From the NCBI GenBank assembly GCA_042408215.1, contig JAYFMW010000003.1, forward strand, positions 256,001 through 320,000: a stretch of 64,000 bases of DNA, written 5' to 3'. A program made the translations under genes and the position numbers. Below, in pieces: positions 12,800-23,352 of this stretch (the stretch's first letter is position 1; each line of letters begins with the position of its first letter). This stretch comes from Microcoleus sp. Its GTDB lineage: Bacteria; Cyanobacteriota; Cyanobacteriia; Cyanobacteriales; Microcoleaceae. The notes beneath the pieces were generated by a model, which saw only the letters and a list, made by a program, of their open reading frames with translations, made no database searches and was not told the origin of the DNA.

Positions 12800-12833
12800 A
12801 GCTCCCCGCAGCACTTAAAGCCTGCGGGGAGCT
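12800..12833. other. Perfect 12-bp stem hairpin (IS left-end hairpin or terminator)
   Basis: AGCTCCCCGCAG-10nt-CTGCGGGGAGCT upstream of tnpB. Confidence 0.5.
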
Positions 12834-13011
12834 GGGTATTCTATTTCTTTAGCCGTTGCTCACTTAGTGGTAAATTCTTCTTCAAACAACAATCCTCCAG
12901 TATTATAAAACTTTATTAAGTTTGTAAGCAGTAGTAAGCAATGGTAGTATCATATAGTCAGAAGGCTCAACAGAGATAATTATTGCGCTTGTTGAAAAAT
13001 GGAGAGTCAGA

Positions 13012-14290
13012 ATGCAACTAGCAGAAAGACATATCATTAAATCCACCGAGAATCGTTTTGTTGAAATTGACGGATTAGCCTTTAAATCCAAAAATCTCTA
13101 CAACGTCGCTAACTACGTTATTCGTCAGAGTTTTGTCTATGGATGGGGTTATATCAATTACAACGAAATGAACCGTTTGATGAAGTCTCATCAAGCATAC
13201 AAGGACTTACCAGCCAAGGTAAGTCAACAAATATTGATGATATTGGACAAGAATTGGCAAGCTTTTTTTGAAGCCGTTAAAGCTTACAATATTGAGCCAA
13301 CAAAATTTACTGGTAGCCCAAAGTTGCCCAAGTACAAAGATCAAGTTAAGGGTCGGAATATTCTCGTCTATACGATTCAGGCGATTAGTAGCAAGCAACT
13401 AAAGAAAGGAATTATCCATCTGTCCGGGACTAACATCTTGATTAAGACCCTGGTAAAACCAGAGCAAATTTGTCAAGTTAGACTGGTGCCAAAATGTGAT
13501 TCTTATGTAATCGAGGTAATTTATAATGAGCCGGAGTCCACCATTGATGAAAATCAGAAAGAATTAGTAGCTAGTATTGATTTAGGATTGAATAATTTAG
13601 TGGCGCTAACTTCAAATCAGCCGGGATTTGTCCCTTTATTGATTAACGGGCGACCACTGAAATCAATTAATCAATTTTACAATAAGCGTGCAGCTACAAT
13701 CTCGATTGAAAGAGAGTCGCAAAACATCGCGTAGAATTCAGCGATTGACTCGTTGTAGAAACCAAAAAATCGATAATTACTTACACCAGGCCAGTCGTTC
13801 TATCATCAATATTTTAAGATCGGGAAAGATTGGGACTCTGGTAATAGGGAAAAATGTGCAATGGAAAAACGAGATTAATTTGGGGAAACAAACTAATCAG
13901 AACTTCGTAACTATTCCTCATGCTCGATTTATTGAGATGTTGGAGTATAAGGCTGCATTGGTTGGAATAAAAGTGATTGTACAGGAAGAGTCATATACCT
14001 CTCAATCCAGTTTCCTAAATCTAGACCCGATCCCTGTTTATGGGAATAGTGATACCCAAAAAAAGGTATTCAGTGGCCAACGAATTAAGAGAGGATTGTA
14101 CAAAACATCCTGCGGTCAATTAATTAATGCCGATGTTAATGGGTCTTACAATATTATGCGAAAAGCAATCCCAAATGCCTTGTGCAATGGGATAGAGAGC
14201 TGCGTAGTTCAGCCGAGGCGGTTGAATCCGCTCGAAGTGAAAGCGAAAGGGGAGGGATTCAACGCCTCCCATGGCACTGTAATAGATGAC
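13012..14290 (+). pseudogene. tnpB: IS200/IS605-family TnpB, frameshifted near 13690
   Basis: MQLAERHII...SIDLGLNNL (RuvC-I) in one frame; ...VQEESYTS...NADVNGSYNI (RuvC-III) in the other; junction AATAAGCGT/GCAGCTACAATCTCG. 3' end approximate. Confidence 0.85.
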
Positions 14291-14357
14291 TATACTTTTA
14301 CCAGCTATTCTGCCTGGAGGATTGTTAAAATCATCGACTCAGAATTGGCAATATTTC

Positions 14358-14630
14358 TTATACGGCACGCTGAGTCAACAATCCCCAGACGAAAAGTACA
14401 ACGATCGCGCCGACAACAGCAAAAGCAATACTGGGTAGGGTAATTGCTCCGAAAGAAGCTCCCCCGCTAGTTCCCAGCAAGACTTGACCTAGATAACCTC
14501 CCACGAGCGCGCCCAAAATTCCTAAACCTGTGGTTGCGAGGAAACCGCCGCCTTGAGTTCCCGGATAAATGGCTTTGGCGATCGCACCTGCAATGAGTCC
14601 TAAAACAATCCAAGCAATAATACCGCCCAT
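14358..14630 (-). CDS. GlsB/YeaQ/YmgE family stress-response membrane protein
   Basis: IIAWIVLGLIAGAIAKAIYPG...GILGALVGG...AVVGAIVVL. Confidence 0.9.
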   Translation of the reverse strand: MGGIIAWIVLGLIAGAIAKAIYPGTQGGGFLATTGLGILGALVGGYLGQVLLGTSGGASFGAITLPSIAFAVVGAIVVLFVWGLLTQRAV

Positions 14631-14952
14631 GTCTCTTTCTCCTGACAACTTAACTTTTCTCGTTCCTTGTCTTATCTTTTAAGAATAACAACGGAGATCG
14701 ACCGATCGCCTCTATCATAGGGAGGAACCTAAAGTGGTAAAATCTTTAGGAAATCTTCAAAAGTATGAAGTTTTTTAATCTGTCAAAAGAGTTAATCAGA
14801 CCTTTGTACCGCAGAAAGGCACTGATGCTGAAAACACTGATGCAGAAGGTTCAAGGGAAAGCGGCAAAGGGAGAATTTTTTTCTGGGCTTTTTCTCTTTT
14901 ACTACTCAATCAAATTACAATAATTATTTGAAAATAGGAAAGTTTGCGCCCG

Positions 14953-16140
14953 ATGGATCTGACTTTGTGCATGATTGTGAAGAATGAAGCAGCAACACTA
15001 CCGCGGACTTTGGCTAGTGTTAAGGGTGTTGTTGATGAAATGGTGGTGCTGGATACCGGTTCGGGCGATCGCACTCGTGAAATTGCACAAGAATTTGGGG
15101 CGAGGGTTTATCGCTTTGAATGGTGCGATGACTTCGCAGCAGCGCGCAATGAGTGTCTGAAATACGCTACGGGTGACTGGATTTTGGTGTTGGATGCCGA
15201 TGAGGTGCTGGTACCGCAGATTGTACCTCAAATTAAGCAGGGAATTCAGAGCGATCGCCCGTTGCTAATCAATCTCATCCGTCAAGAAGTCGGCGCATCT
15301 CAATCTCCCTATTCCCTGGTGTCGCGCTTGTTTCGCAATCGCCCCGACATCCGCTTTTCGCGACCTTATCACGCAATGGTAGACGACAGCGTGGCTGAGA
15401 TTTTGCAGAGGGAACCTGAGTGGAAAATAGCTGCTATCCCAGATGTGGCGATTTGGCACTCTGGTTATCACAAAGATGCGATCGCCACTAAAAGTAAATT
15501 CCAAAAAGCTCAAGCTGCGATGGAACGATATATCGCTTACTACCCAAGCGATGCCTATGCTTGTAGCAAATTAGGCGCTTTATATGTAGAAAGCGGACAA
15601 GTTCAGCGGGGAATTAATTTATTAACTAAGGGCTTGACGGCTGTCCCCATTGATGATTCTATTGTTTACGAACTCAACTATCATTTGGGAATTGCTTACC
15701 GCCAACAGCAGCAATTTGTGAAAGCCAAGGAACACTATCAAGCGGCAATTAATACCAATGTTTTGCCAGCGCTCAAGTTGGGTGCTTACAATAATTTGGG
15801 AAATTTGCTCAAGGATGAAGGAGATTTGACAACTGCTGAAATGGCTTACAAAGCAGCTTTAAAAATTGACCCCAATTTTGCAATCGGTCACTACAATTTG
15901 GGACTGACGCTGAAAGCCGGGGGGAATTTGGCAGATGCGATCGCCTATTACCGACAAGCGATTAAAATCGCTCCCGAACACGCCGAAGCTCATCAAAATT
16001 TGGCAGTAGCACTGCTGAAAATTGGCAAAATGCCTGAGAGTTTAGCAGAATTCAAAAGGGCGATCGCCCTTCACGAACAGCGCCGTCCTTTTGAAGCAGA
16101 ACGCCTGCGCCGCGGCTTGCGAGAAATGGGCTTGATTTAA
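14953..16140 (+). CDS. Glycosyltransferase family 2 with TPR repeats
   Basis: LCMIVKNEA, LDTGSGD, DDFAAARN, LDADE; C-terminal TPRs (AYNNLG, HYNLG). Confidence 0.9.
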   Translation: MDLTLCMIVKNEAATLPRTLASVKGVVDEMVVLDTGSGDRTREIAQEFGARVYRFEWCDDFAAARNECLKYATGDWILVLDADEVLVPQIVPQIKQGIQSDRPLLINLIRQEVGASQSPYSLVSRLFRNRPDIRFSRPYHAMVDDSVAEILQREPEWKIAAIPDVAIWHSGYHKDAIATKSKFQKAQAAMERYIAYYPSDAYACSKLGALYVESGQVQRGINLLTKGLTAVPIDDSIVYELNYHLGIAYRQQQQFVKAKEHYQAAINTNVLPALKLGAYNNLGNLLKDEGDLTTAEMAYKAALKIDPNFAIGHYNLGLTLKAGGNLADAIAYYRQAIKIAPEHAEAHQNLAVALLKIGKMPESLAEFKRAIALHEQRRPFEAERLRRGLREMGLI

Positions 16141-16271
16141 CTAATGCGAACGGGAAGTCCCGCGCTCTATCCGTTTACAAGGATGAGCGACGGGATGAAA
16201 GTGAGCCAGAAACAAATTGAGCGATAGCGAATCAATATGGCATTCCTCTATGCTATAACGATCTATCTTAT

Positions 16272-16570
16272 AAAGAATACCCTGAAAACCCTGTGACTTT
16301 AGTCCAGGGATGAAAGAGCGTTGCAGGATTTATCCAGCCAGCCCTCTTTATGCAAGACACAAACCACATTCTGTTACCAGAAAAATGTGGGATGGATACA
16401 CAGACGCAGGTCTATACCAGCAAAGGCCTACCACAAGTAGCCATAGACTCAGCAATGGGCGAGTGGGTAGTGGGTTATTGACAAACCCTTTAAGAATCAA
16501 GATTTGGGTGGATTCATCCCCCAAAGTTTGTCCTTAAGAATCCCCGTGTCTTTTGACCGGGGAGTGTCAA
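16272..16570 (+). mobile_element. 299-bp non-autonomous IS200/IS605-type element inserted in the tnpB remnant
   Basis: Follows TTAT; left hairpin CCCTGTGACTTTAGTCCAGGG; right end AAGAATCCCCGTGTCTTTTGACCGGGGAGTGTCAA. Confidence 0.7.
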
Positions 16571-17506
16571 AAGAACTTCTTTGACAAAAGGGCGATGCTG
16601 CCACGATTTAAGTCAAAGCACAGTAGGCAATCCATTGGCTATCCTCAAAACGTCAAGTTTGATGGCGACTAGATCAATTTACCTAAAATTGGATTAGTAC
16701 ATTGTCGGCTTCACCGAAGCTTTGAGGGTGATATCAAAACTGTCACTGTGTCTCGAAATCCTGATGGAAAATATTTTGTTTCCGTTCTAGTTGACGATGG
16801 CAAAGCTAATCTGGGGTCAGTAGCAGTAAACAAAGCTGTTGGCATTGATGTTGGGCTGACCCACTTTGCTATTACCAGTGATGGCTCAAAGTTTGACAAT
16901 CCTCGCTATTTTGTGAAGCGTCAGCGTAATCTAAAAAGGAAACAGCACAAGCTATCTCGTAAAAAGAAAGGTAGTCAAAATCGCAAAAAAGCAAGATTGG
17001 CGGTGGCGAAAGTTCACTCCAAAACTGCTAGGTGTCGTGAAGATTTTCTGCACAAGCTATCCCGCAAGATAGTAAACGAAAACCAAGTTATTGCCGTAGA
17101 AAATCTTAATGTCAAGGGTATGGTCAAAAATCATAATCTAGCTAATTGCTTTAGCGATGTTGGTTGGGGTATGTTCTACACCATGCTCAAATATAAGGCT
17201 GAAAACGAAGGGAAAACTTATATCGAGATCGATCGGTTTTTCCCTAGCTCGAAGACCTGCCATGTATGCCTAAATCGAGTCGATCATCTCACTCTTGATG
17301 TAAGGGCATGGACTTGTAAGCATTGCGGTACTCACCATGACCGCGATGTAAATGCAGCGATCAATATTAGAAATGAAGCCTTGCGGATTCTGGCGTTAGG
17401 AACTAGCGCTTCTGCCTGGGTCGGGGATGTAAGTCGATCTGGCAAAACTTCGGTTTTGTTGGACGCTATCCCCAATGAATCAGGAAGCCACCGCTGTACC
17501 GCCTAA
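16571..17506 (+). pseudogene. tnpB: TnpB pseudogene (5' part missing, internal TAG near 16670)
   Basis: KNFFDKRAMLPRFKSK...DGD*INLPKIG...GIDVGL...AVENLNV...SSKTCHVC...CKHCGTHHDRDVNAAINI. Confidence 0.85.
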
Positions 17507-17538
17507 ACGGTCAGCGTCTGGTAGTTCACCAAATCAAA

Positions 17539-18249
17539 TCAAGCAATAACCTCGACTTCGCCGCTGTCTATATCGTAGCGCGCCCCAACAACTTTAAGTG
17601 TGCCCGCTTTGACTGCTTTAGCTAAAATAGGTGACAAAGCTTTTAACTTATTTACGCTCATTTTCACATGAGCTCTGACTGCGTTATCCCAGGCATCGCC
17701 CGGTTGACCTTTGGTGGCATAAACTGCCGGTTTAATCGCCGCCACCAAACTGCCAATGTGGCCCGGAACCGGTTTGCCATCCAAAGCTGCTTTGACAGCA
17801 CCGCAGCGTTCGTGACCCAGAACTACTAGCAGCGGAACGCCTAATTCTGCTGCGGCATATTCTATGCTGCCGAGCACCACATTGTCGAGGACGTTTCCAG
17901 CTACTCGGATCTCAAATAAATCCCCCAATCCTTGGTCGAAAAGAATTTCGGGAGCCACCCGGGAATCAGAACAGCCCAGGACGATCGCAAACGGATGTTG
18001 ACCCTTTGCTAATTCTAAAATGCGCGATCGGCTTTGGTCGGGAAATGTGCGTTTTTGCTGAATGTACCGCCGATTCCCGTCCATCAATTTCTTGAGTGCG
18101 GCATCGGGAGTGATGTTTGAGGTTTCTGAAGCATTTGCAGCTTCAACTTTTAAGAGTCCCGGTGCAATACTTGCCATCAGTGTCCCTGCACCTACCATCA
18201 AGATGGCATTCCGCCTAGACATCCAGCCTGTTTTTCTTTTGTCGGTCAT
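17539..18249 (-). CDS. Beta-class carbonic anhydrase with Tat-like signal
   Basis: SRRNAI leader; LGCSDSRV; RVAGN; LGHERCGAV. Confidence 0.92.
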   Translation of the reverse strand: MTDKRKTGWMSRRNAILMVGAGTLMASIAPGLLKVEAANASETSNITPDAALKKLMDGNRRYIQQKRTFPDQSRSRILELAKGQHPFAIVLGCSDSRVAPEILFDQGLGDLFEIRVAGNVLDNVVLGSIEYAAAELGVPLLVVLGHERCGAVKAALDGKPVPGHIGSLVAAIKPAVYATKGQPGDAWDNAVRAHVKMSVNKLKALSPILAKAVKAGTLKVVGARYDIDSGEVEVIA

Positions 18250-18447
18250 TGTTGAGAACTCTGTTTAAGCGTTAAATATTCTTAGCATAATATCTACAAT
18301 ATATTTTGACTGATTTTTTTATTTTTTCTTGACAAGCAGTCTCTCCCCAATTAAAAAGAATCATTAATAATTATAAAATATCGCCACCTAAAGATCAAAT
18401 AAAAGCTATAATTATTGTCTAACAATAATTTTTATTAATCTCTCAAA

Positions 18448-19281
18448 ATGCCTTACGTCGCCAGTATTCAGATCTATCCGGTCAAATCCCTTGACGGCAT
18501 AGCAGTCAGTCAAGCAGCTATTCTGAGCAGCGGTGCTTTAGAGGGCGATCGCTCCTTTGCTATCTGTGACGCGCAAGGTGAATTGGTTAACGGCAAGCGC
18601 CACAACGGAACCCATTTTCTGCGTTTCTCCTTTGATCTCACCAATCGCATCGTCGGTCTGAAAATTCAAGGTACAGAAGAAGAAATCTTTTTTCACATCG
18701 ATCGAGAACGCAGTAGAATAGAATCTTGGTTGAGCAGCTACTTCGGTTTTCCGGTCAAGTTAGTTGAGAACTTGCTAACTGGCTTTCCCGACGCTCCCGC
18801 AGCACCGGGGCCAACTATCATCAGTACCGAAACAATTGCAGAAGTTGCATCTTGGTTTCCGAGAGTTTGCGTTAACGAGATGCGGCAGCACCTGCGAGCT
18901 AATATTGAAATTGGAGATGTCCCGCCGTTTTGGGAAGACCAACTTTTTGCAGCAAGTGATGAGGTTGTTCGCTTTCAAATAGGGAAAGTAATATTTGAAG
19001 CTATTAATCCCAGCCAGCAGTGGATCGGATCGACGAGCAATTATTTTTCCAGAGAAGTTTATCCCAATTTTCAAAAGGTATGCACAGCCAAGCGGAATGA
19101 AAAAATGCCTGATTCCGCAAGACGATGGCCTTTAAATCACTTTTACCAACTCAACATTAACACGCGAGTTCCCGATCGATCATCAGGAAAAATAGTACAA
19201 ATAGGAGATGAAGTGAAAATCCTCAGCGTCAACAAAGCCGTATTCAATAGCATTTCTGATGAGTTGTATCCCACGAATTAG
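18448..19281 (+). CDS. MOSC domain-containing protein
   Basis: IYPVKSLDG, GDRSFA, RANIEI, WEDQL; the conserved P-C-x-R-C Cys appears replaced (PSQQW). Confidence 0.8.
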   Translation: MPYVASIQIYPVKSLDGIAVSQAAILSSGALEGDRSFAICDAQGELVNGKRHNGTHFLRFSFDLTNRIVGLKIQGTEEEIFFHIDRERSRIESWLSSYFGFPVKLVENLLTGFPDAPAAPGPTIISTETIAEVASWFPRVCVNEMRQHLRANIEIGDVPPFWEDQLFAASDEVVRFQIGKVIFEAINPSQQWIGSTSNYFSREVYPNFQKVCTAKRNEKMPDSARRWPLNHFYQLNINTRVPDRSSGKIVQIGDEVKILSVNKAVFNSISDELYPTN

Positions 19282-20138
19282 AAAAAAGTCGGTGGCAACT
19301 CCAGAGCAAGCTGACCCAACACACCAGTTCTAAAATCATTCAACATCTGCCGCGCCGTTCGTTCGACATCTCCTTGATACCTGTCTTTAGCTACCTCATG
19401 CAAATAATCCTCACCATTAGTAGATGCAGTATCTAATTTATACCTCGATTTGAATCCAGATACTGAGACCAAACTTTCATCATTAGCTTGCAGCCCTGTG
19501 AGCAAATCTACCATAGCCGCTGCTACTACCTGATTGTCGTAAGCTGCTTCGCCAATATCTTCACAAATAGCTAATTTTATGGCATTTTCGAGATTGCTAA
19601 TTCGGGTTGGGATCACTCCGGGGGCGTCTAACAACTCAATTTCTTCAGAAATACGAATCCATCTGAGCGATCGAGTCACTCCAGCTCTGCGGGCACTATC
19701 TACTACTCTGCGCCCTAACAACCGATTAATCAAAGCAGATTTTCCCACATTCGGAAAACCAATCACCACAGCCCTTACTGGACGAGGAAGCATACCTCGA
19801 TCGAACCTTCTTTGATTGAGTTGCACCCCAGCATTCTGCACAGCCGCCGCCACATCATCCACCCCTCGCCCGTGCTCGGCATTTGTAAAATAAGCAGTTT
19901 CCCCCTGTGACTCAAACGATTGTTCCCACAGAGCGCGCAATTGAGGCGGAATCATGTCCATGCGGTTAATCACTAATACTTTAGCCTTACTGCCCACCCA
20001 AATCGGCATTTGGGGATGGTAAGTAGCCAAAGGAATGCGAGCATCTCGGACTTCGAGCACCACATCTACCCGCTTTAGTTGTTCTTTTAAGGCCCGTTCA
20101 GCTTTGGCAATGTGACCGGGATACCATTGAATTTTCAT
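19278..20138 (-). CDS. ylqF: Ribosome biogenesis GTPase YlqF/RbgA
   Basis: IQWYPGH, DARIP, GFPNVGKSALIN, LLDAPG. Confidence 0.95.
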   Translation of the reverse strand: MKIQWYPGHIAKAERALKEQLKRVDVVLEVRDARIPLATYHPQMPIWVGSKAKVLVINRMDMIPPQLRALWEQSFESQGETAYFTNAEHGRGVDDVAAAVQNAGVQLNQRRFDRGMLPRPVRAVVIGFPNVGKSALINRLLGRRVVDSARRAGVTRSLRWIRISEEIELLDAPGVIPTRISNLENAIKLAICEDIGEAAYDNQVVAAAMVDLLTGLQANDESLVSVSGFKSRYKLDTASTNGEDYLHEVAKDRYQGDVERTARQMLNDFRTGVLGQLALELPPTFF

Positions 20139-20139
20139 G

Positions 20140-20325
20140 AGTTATTAGTTATTAGTTATTAGTCATTAGTCAGTAGTCATTAGTCAGTAGTCAGTAGTCA
20201 TTAGTCAGTAGTCAGTAGTCAGTAGTCAGTAGTCAGCGATCGTTCAATCAATAACTAATAACTCATAACCAATGACCAATGACCAATGACTACTGACCAA
20301 TGACCAATGACTAATGACTAATAAC
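20140..20325. repeat. Heptamer short tandem repeats in two inverted blocks
   Basis: (GTTATTA)/(GTCAGTA)/(GTCATTA)n, then (CAATGAC)n. Confidence 0.9.
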
Positions 20326-20738
20326 TAAGGCACTATCAAAACTGCACAAGGAGATAGGTTGATCACCCGACTGGTAACGCTGTCAGACGCCCCATCATCA
20401 GTTAAACCCATCCCCCGACAGCCCATCACAATCAAATCAGCCCCAATTTCGTCAGCCACATCACAAATCGTGAAAGCAGGCTTGCCTTCCCGTTCAATGA
20501 TTTCAGCTTCAATTCCCTGCTGGGAAAACATCGCATGAGCCTCAGACAGCAATTTGGCGACTGCTTCCGGGGAAGCCATCACTTCTCGCGGCGGGGATTC
20601 GCCCTCCTCGGCTGGGGGTTCGACTACCGACAGAATCACTAAACGAGAACCGTAGGTTTTCACAATATTGACAACCTTTTCGGCAGCTTCGCGGGCTTCT
20701 CGGCTTTGATCTACAGGAAATAAGACAGTCTTGAACAT
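20325..20738 (-). CDS. Universal stress protein
   Basis: MFKTVLFPVDQS...GKPAFTIC...ADLIVMGCRG...SVTSRVINLSPCAVLIVP. Confidence 0.92.
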   Translation of the reverse strand: MFKTVLFPVDQSREAREAAEKVVNIVKTYGSRLVILSVVEPPAEEGESPPREVMASPEAVAKLLSEAHAMFSQQGIEAEIIEREGKPAFTICDVADEIGADLIVMGCRGMGLTDDGASDSVTSRVINLSPCAVLIVP

Positions 20739-20920
20739 AGCGCACATCTCCCGGGCACGGACTCCGATAAAATGTTTACATTGAACCAATCAGTGCAGCT
20801 TGTTTCATCTTCCGTTTTTTGTACGGGCGCGGTTAAATGCGTCCGAGGCCGGGTGCAAGTGACCTGTGCCGCCATTTCCACGGAATTAGACAAAAACACA
20901 CATATTAGGAGGTTGATCCT

Positions 20921-22120
20921 GTGACCAAAAAAACTGTAGCAAATTTATCGGCATCGGACTTATCGGGAAAACGGGTACTGGTGCGGGCGGACTTTAACGT
21001 GCCGCTCGACAACGGCAATATCACCGATGATACTCGCATCCGGGCTGCTCTGCCGACAATTCAAGATTTAGCCTCCAAGGGTGCTAAGGTGATTTTGTGC
21101 AGCCACTTCGGGCGTCCCAATGGCGTGACAGAGAAGTTGCGCTTGACGCCTGTTGCTAAGCGGCTGTCGGAATTGTTGGGTAAAGAAGTCAAAAAAACTG
21201 ATGACTGCATCGGCGAGGAAGTTGCTGCTACAGTCGCGGCGATGCAAGATGGCGATGTGATTTTGCTGGAAAATGTCCGCTTTCACCCAGAAGAGGAAGC
21301 AAACGACCCGGAATTTGCTAAGCAGTTAGCTTCTGTGGCCGATTTGTATGTCAATGATGCTTTTGGTACTGCTCACCGGGCTCACGCTTCTACTGAGGGT
21401 GTGACTAAGTATCTGAGTCCTTCTGTGGCTGGGTTTTTGATGGAGAAGGAATTGCAGTATCTTGGTAGTGCGATCGACAATCCTCAGCGTCCTTTAGCTG
21501 CGATTATCGGCGGTTCTAAGGTTTCTAGCAAGATTGGAGTCATTGAAAAACTGCTGGAGAAGTGCGACAAATTGCTCTTGGGCGGTGGCATGGTTTTCAC
21601 ATTCTACAAGGCTCGCGGCTTGAACGTTGGCAAGTCTTTGGTCGAAGATGACAAGCTGGAATTGGCTAAGTCTTTGGAAGCTAAGGCGAAGGAACGGGGA
21701 GTTGCTTTTCTGTTACCTACTGATGTGATAGTTGCTGACAAGTTTGCTGCTGATGCTAATACTCAAACTGTCTCCGTTGAGAACATTCCCGACGGTTGGA
21801 TGGGTTTGGATATTGGCCCGGATTCAGTGAAAACTTTTCAAGCTGCTTTGGCTGATTGCAAAACAGTAATCTGGAACGGCCCGATGGGTGTGTTTGAGAT
21901 GGAGAAGTTTGCTGCGGGTACTGAAGGTATCGCTCATTCTTTGGCTGGACTTACTAAAACTGGTACTACCACAATTATCGGTGGTGGTGACTCGGTGGCG
22001 GCTGTGGAACAGTTGAATTTAGGCGCAGAAATGAGCCACATTTCTACTGGTGGCGGTGCTAGTTTGGAGCTGCTGGAAGGTAAGGAATTGCCTGGTGTTG
22101 CTGCTTTAGATGAGGCTTAA
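20921..22120 (+). CDS. pgk: Phosphoglycerate kinase
   Basis: [48 protein letters not shown]. Confidence 0.98.
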   Translation: MTKKTVANLSASDLSGKRVLVRADFNVPLDNGNITDDTRIRAALPTIQDLASKGAKVILCSHFGRPNGVTEKLRLTPVAKRLSELLGKEVKKTDDCIGEEVAATVAAMQDGDVILLENVRFHPEEEANDPEFAKQLASVADLYVNDAFGTAHRAHASTEGVTKYLSPSVAGFLMEKELQYLGSAIDNPQRPLAAIIGGSKVSSKIGVIEKLLEKCDKLLLGGGMVFTFYKARGLNVGKSLVEDDKLELAKSLEAKAKERGVAFLLPTDVIVADKFAADANTQTVSVENIPDGWMGLDIGPDSVKTFQAALADCKTVIWNGPMGVFEMEKFAAGTEGIAHSLAGLTKTGTTTIIGGGDSVAAVEQLNLGAEMSHISTGGGASLELLEGKELPGVAALDEA

Positions 22121-22127
22121 TTAAAAG

Positions 22128-22226
22128 TAGGGACACGGCATTGCCGTGTCCTTAATTAAGTAGGGACACGGCATTGCCGTGTCCCTACGGGGATTTATAG
22201 ATCGCGCGGTGTACTTCACAAACATG
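22128..22226. repeat. GTAG-type REP palindromes (GTAGGGACACGGCATTGCCGTGTCCCTAC), two copies
   Basis: Seen directly; related palindromes at ~23096-23157, 42573-42659, 45146-45204, 46304-46368, 49225-49290, 53461-53488. Confidence 0.8.
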
Positions 22227-22365
22227 GAATCTGCTGTAAGCGAATAGGTTTTTTGGGGATTTACCGCAGAGGGCGCAGAGAACGCAGAGCAAGAGAAAAG
22301 AGGGGAGGAAATGGGTTTAAAGTCTAGAGTTTGTTAGTATAATTTATTTGAAGTGGCTGTGAGGT

Positions 22366-23088
22366 TTGTTTGTGAAATTTAAAATCTTGGCAACTGTAAC
22401 GGCAAGTTTAGCTTTGTTTTGGTATTCGGCTCCTGTTCTCGCTCAAAATGCTGCTCATGTTAGGCAGTTGCTGGAAACTAAGGAGTGTGAGGGTTGTGAT
22501 TTGAGAAATGCTGATTTGTTTAAGGCTAGCTTGTATAGAGCTAAGTTGAAAGGGGCTGATTTAAGCGGAGCCAATCTTTATGAAGCTAATTTGATAGAAG
22601 CGGATTTAACTGATGCTAATTTGTCGAATGCTAATTTAGTCAATGCTGATTTGTATGGTGCTGATTTGGATAGTGCTAATCTGCGAAGTGCGAATTTGTC
22701 TAATGCTTTTTTGAGTAGAGCAAATATGACGATGGCTGACCTGCGTGGTGCTAAACTTTTTTCGGCTAATTTGGGTGAATCTTATTTGCTGAATGCTAAT
22801 TTGTCGAAGGCGGATTTGAGGCGATCGCTTTTGTTTAGAGTGAATTTAAGTCGAGCGAATTTAACTGGGGCGGATTTGTCTTTTGCGGATGTGCGCGATA
22901 CGAATTTGCAGAATGCTATTTTGTCTAATACTAGGCTACCAAAAGCTCAATTGAGTGGGACAAATATAGAGGCGGTGAGGGATTTCCGTCAGGCTGATTT
23001 GGAACGTGCCAATTTGCGGGGTACGAATTTGGGGCCGGTGGTTTGTGTGACGACTCATTATCCTTATTGTGTTTTGAATTTGGAGTGA
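22366..23088 (+). CDS. Pentapeptide repeat protein, secreted
   Basis: Signal peptide, QLLETKECEGCDL cap, A(D/N)Lxx repeats. Confidence 0.92.
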   Translation: MFVKFKILATVTASLALFWYSAPVLAQNAAHVRQLLETKECEGCDLRNADLFKASLYRAKLKGADLSGANLYEANLIEADLTDANLSNANLVNADLYGADLDSANLRSANLSNAFLSRANMTMADLRGAKLFSANLGESYLLNANLSKADLRRSLLFRVNLSRANLTGADLSFADVRDTNLQNAILSNTRLPKAQLSGTNIEAVRDFRQADLERANLRGTNLGPVVCVTTHYPYCVLNLE

Positions 23089-23352
23089 TCGCTTGTAGGG
23101 TGCGTCAGTCGCCATAATTTGGGCTGGTAAGGGAGATTTTGAGGGGCTGACGCACCTGACGTTTAGGTATGAAGTTCGATCGCACTGGCAATTCTGTAGG
23201 GGAAGTGCGATCGCTCTTTGATGCACTATTCGTGTGGTTGTGGTAAAATATAAGTACCCCAGCCAAATTAGTGCAAGTCAGATAAATTTTGATGGCGGTC
23301 TAATTTTTATAGATCTATTAACTAATAAAATATTGGATATTTAGGTAAAAAA

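Larger units (their letters stand above)
16146..17529 (+). mobile_element. Degenerate IS200/IS605 (IS1341-like) element
   Basis: Left-end-like GAAGTCCCGCGC...CGACGGGATGAAAG; tnpB remnant; right end GAAGCCACCGCTG...GGTAGTTCAC. Left boundary approximate. Confidence 0.75.

Noticed and set aside
16310..16537. 75-aa ORF upstream of tnpB, a possible tnpA
   Set aside because: No HUH or catalytic Tyr motifs; lies within the non-coding mini-element
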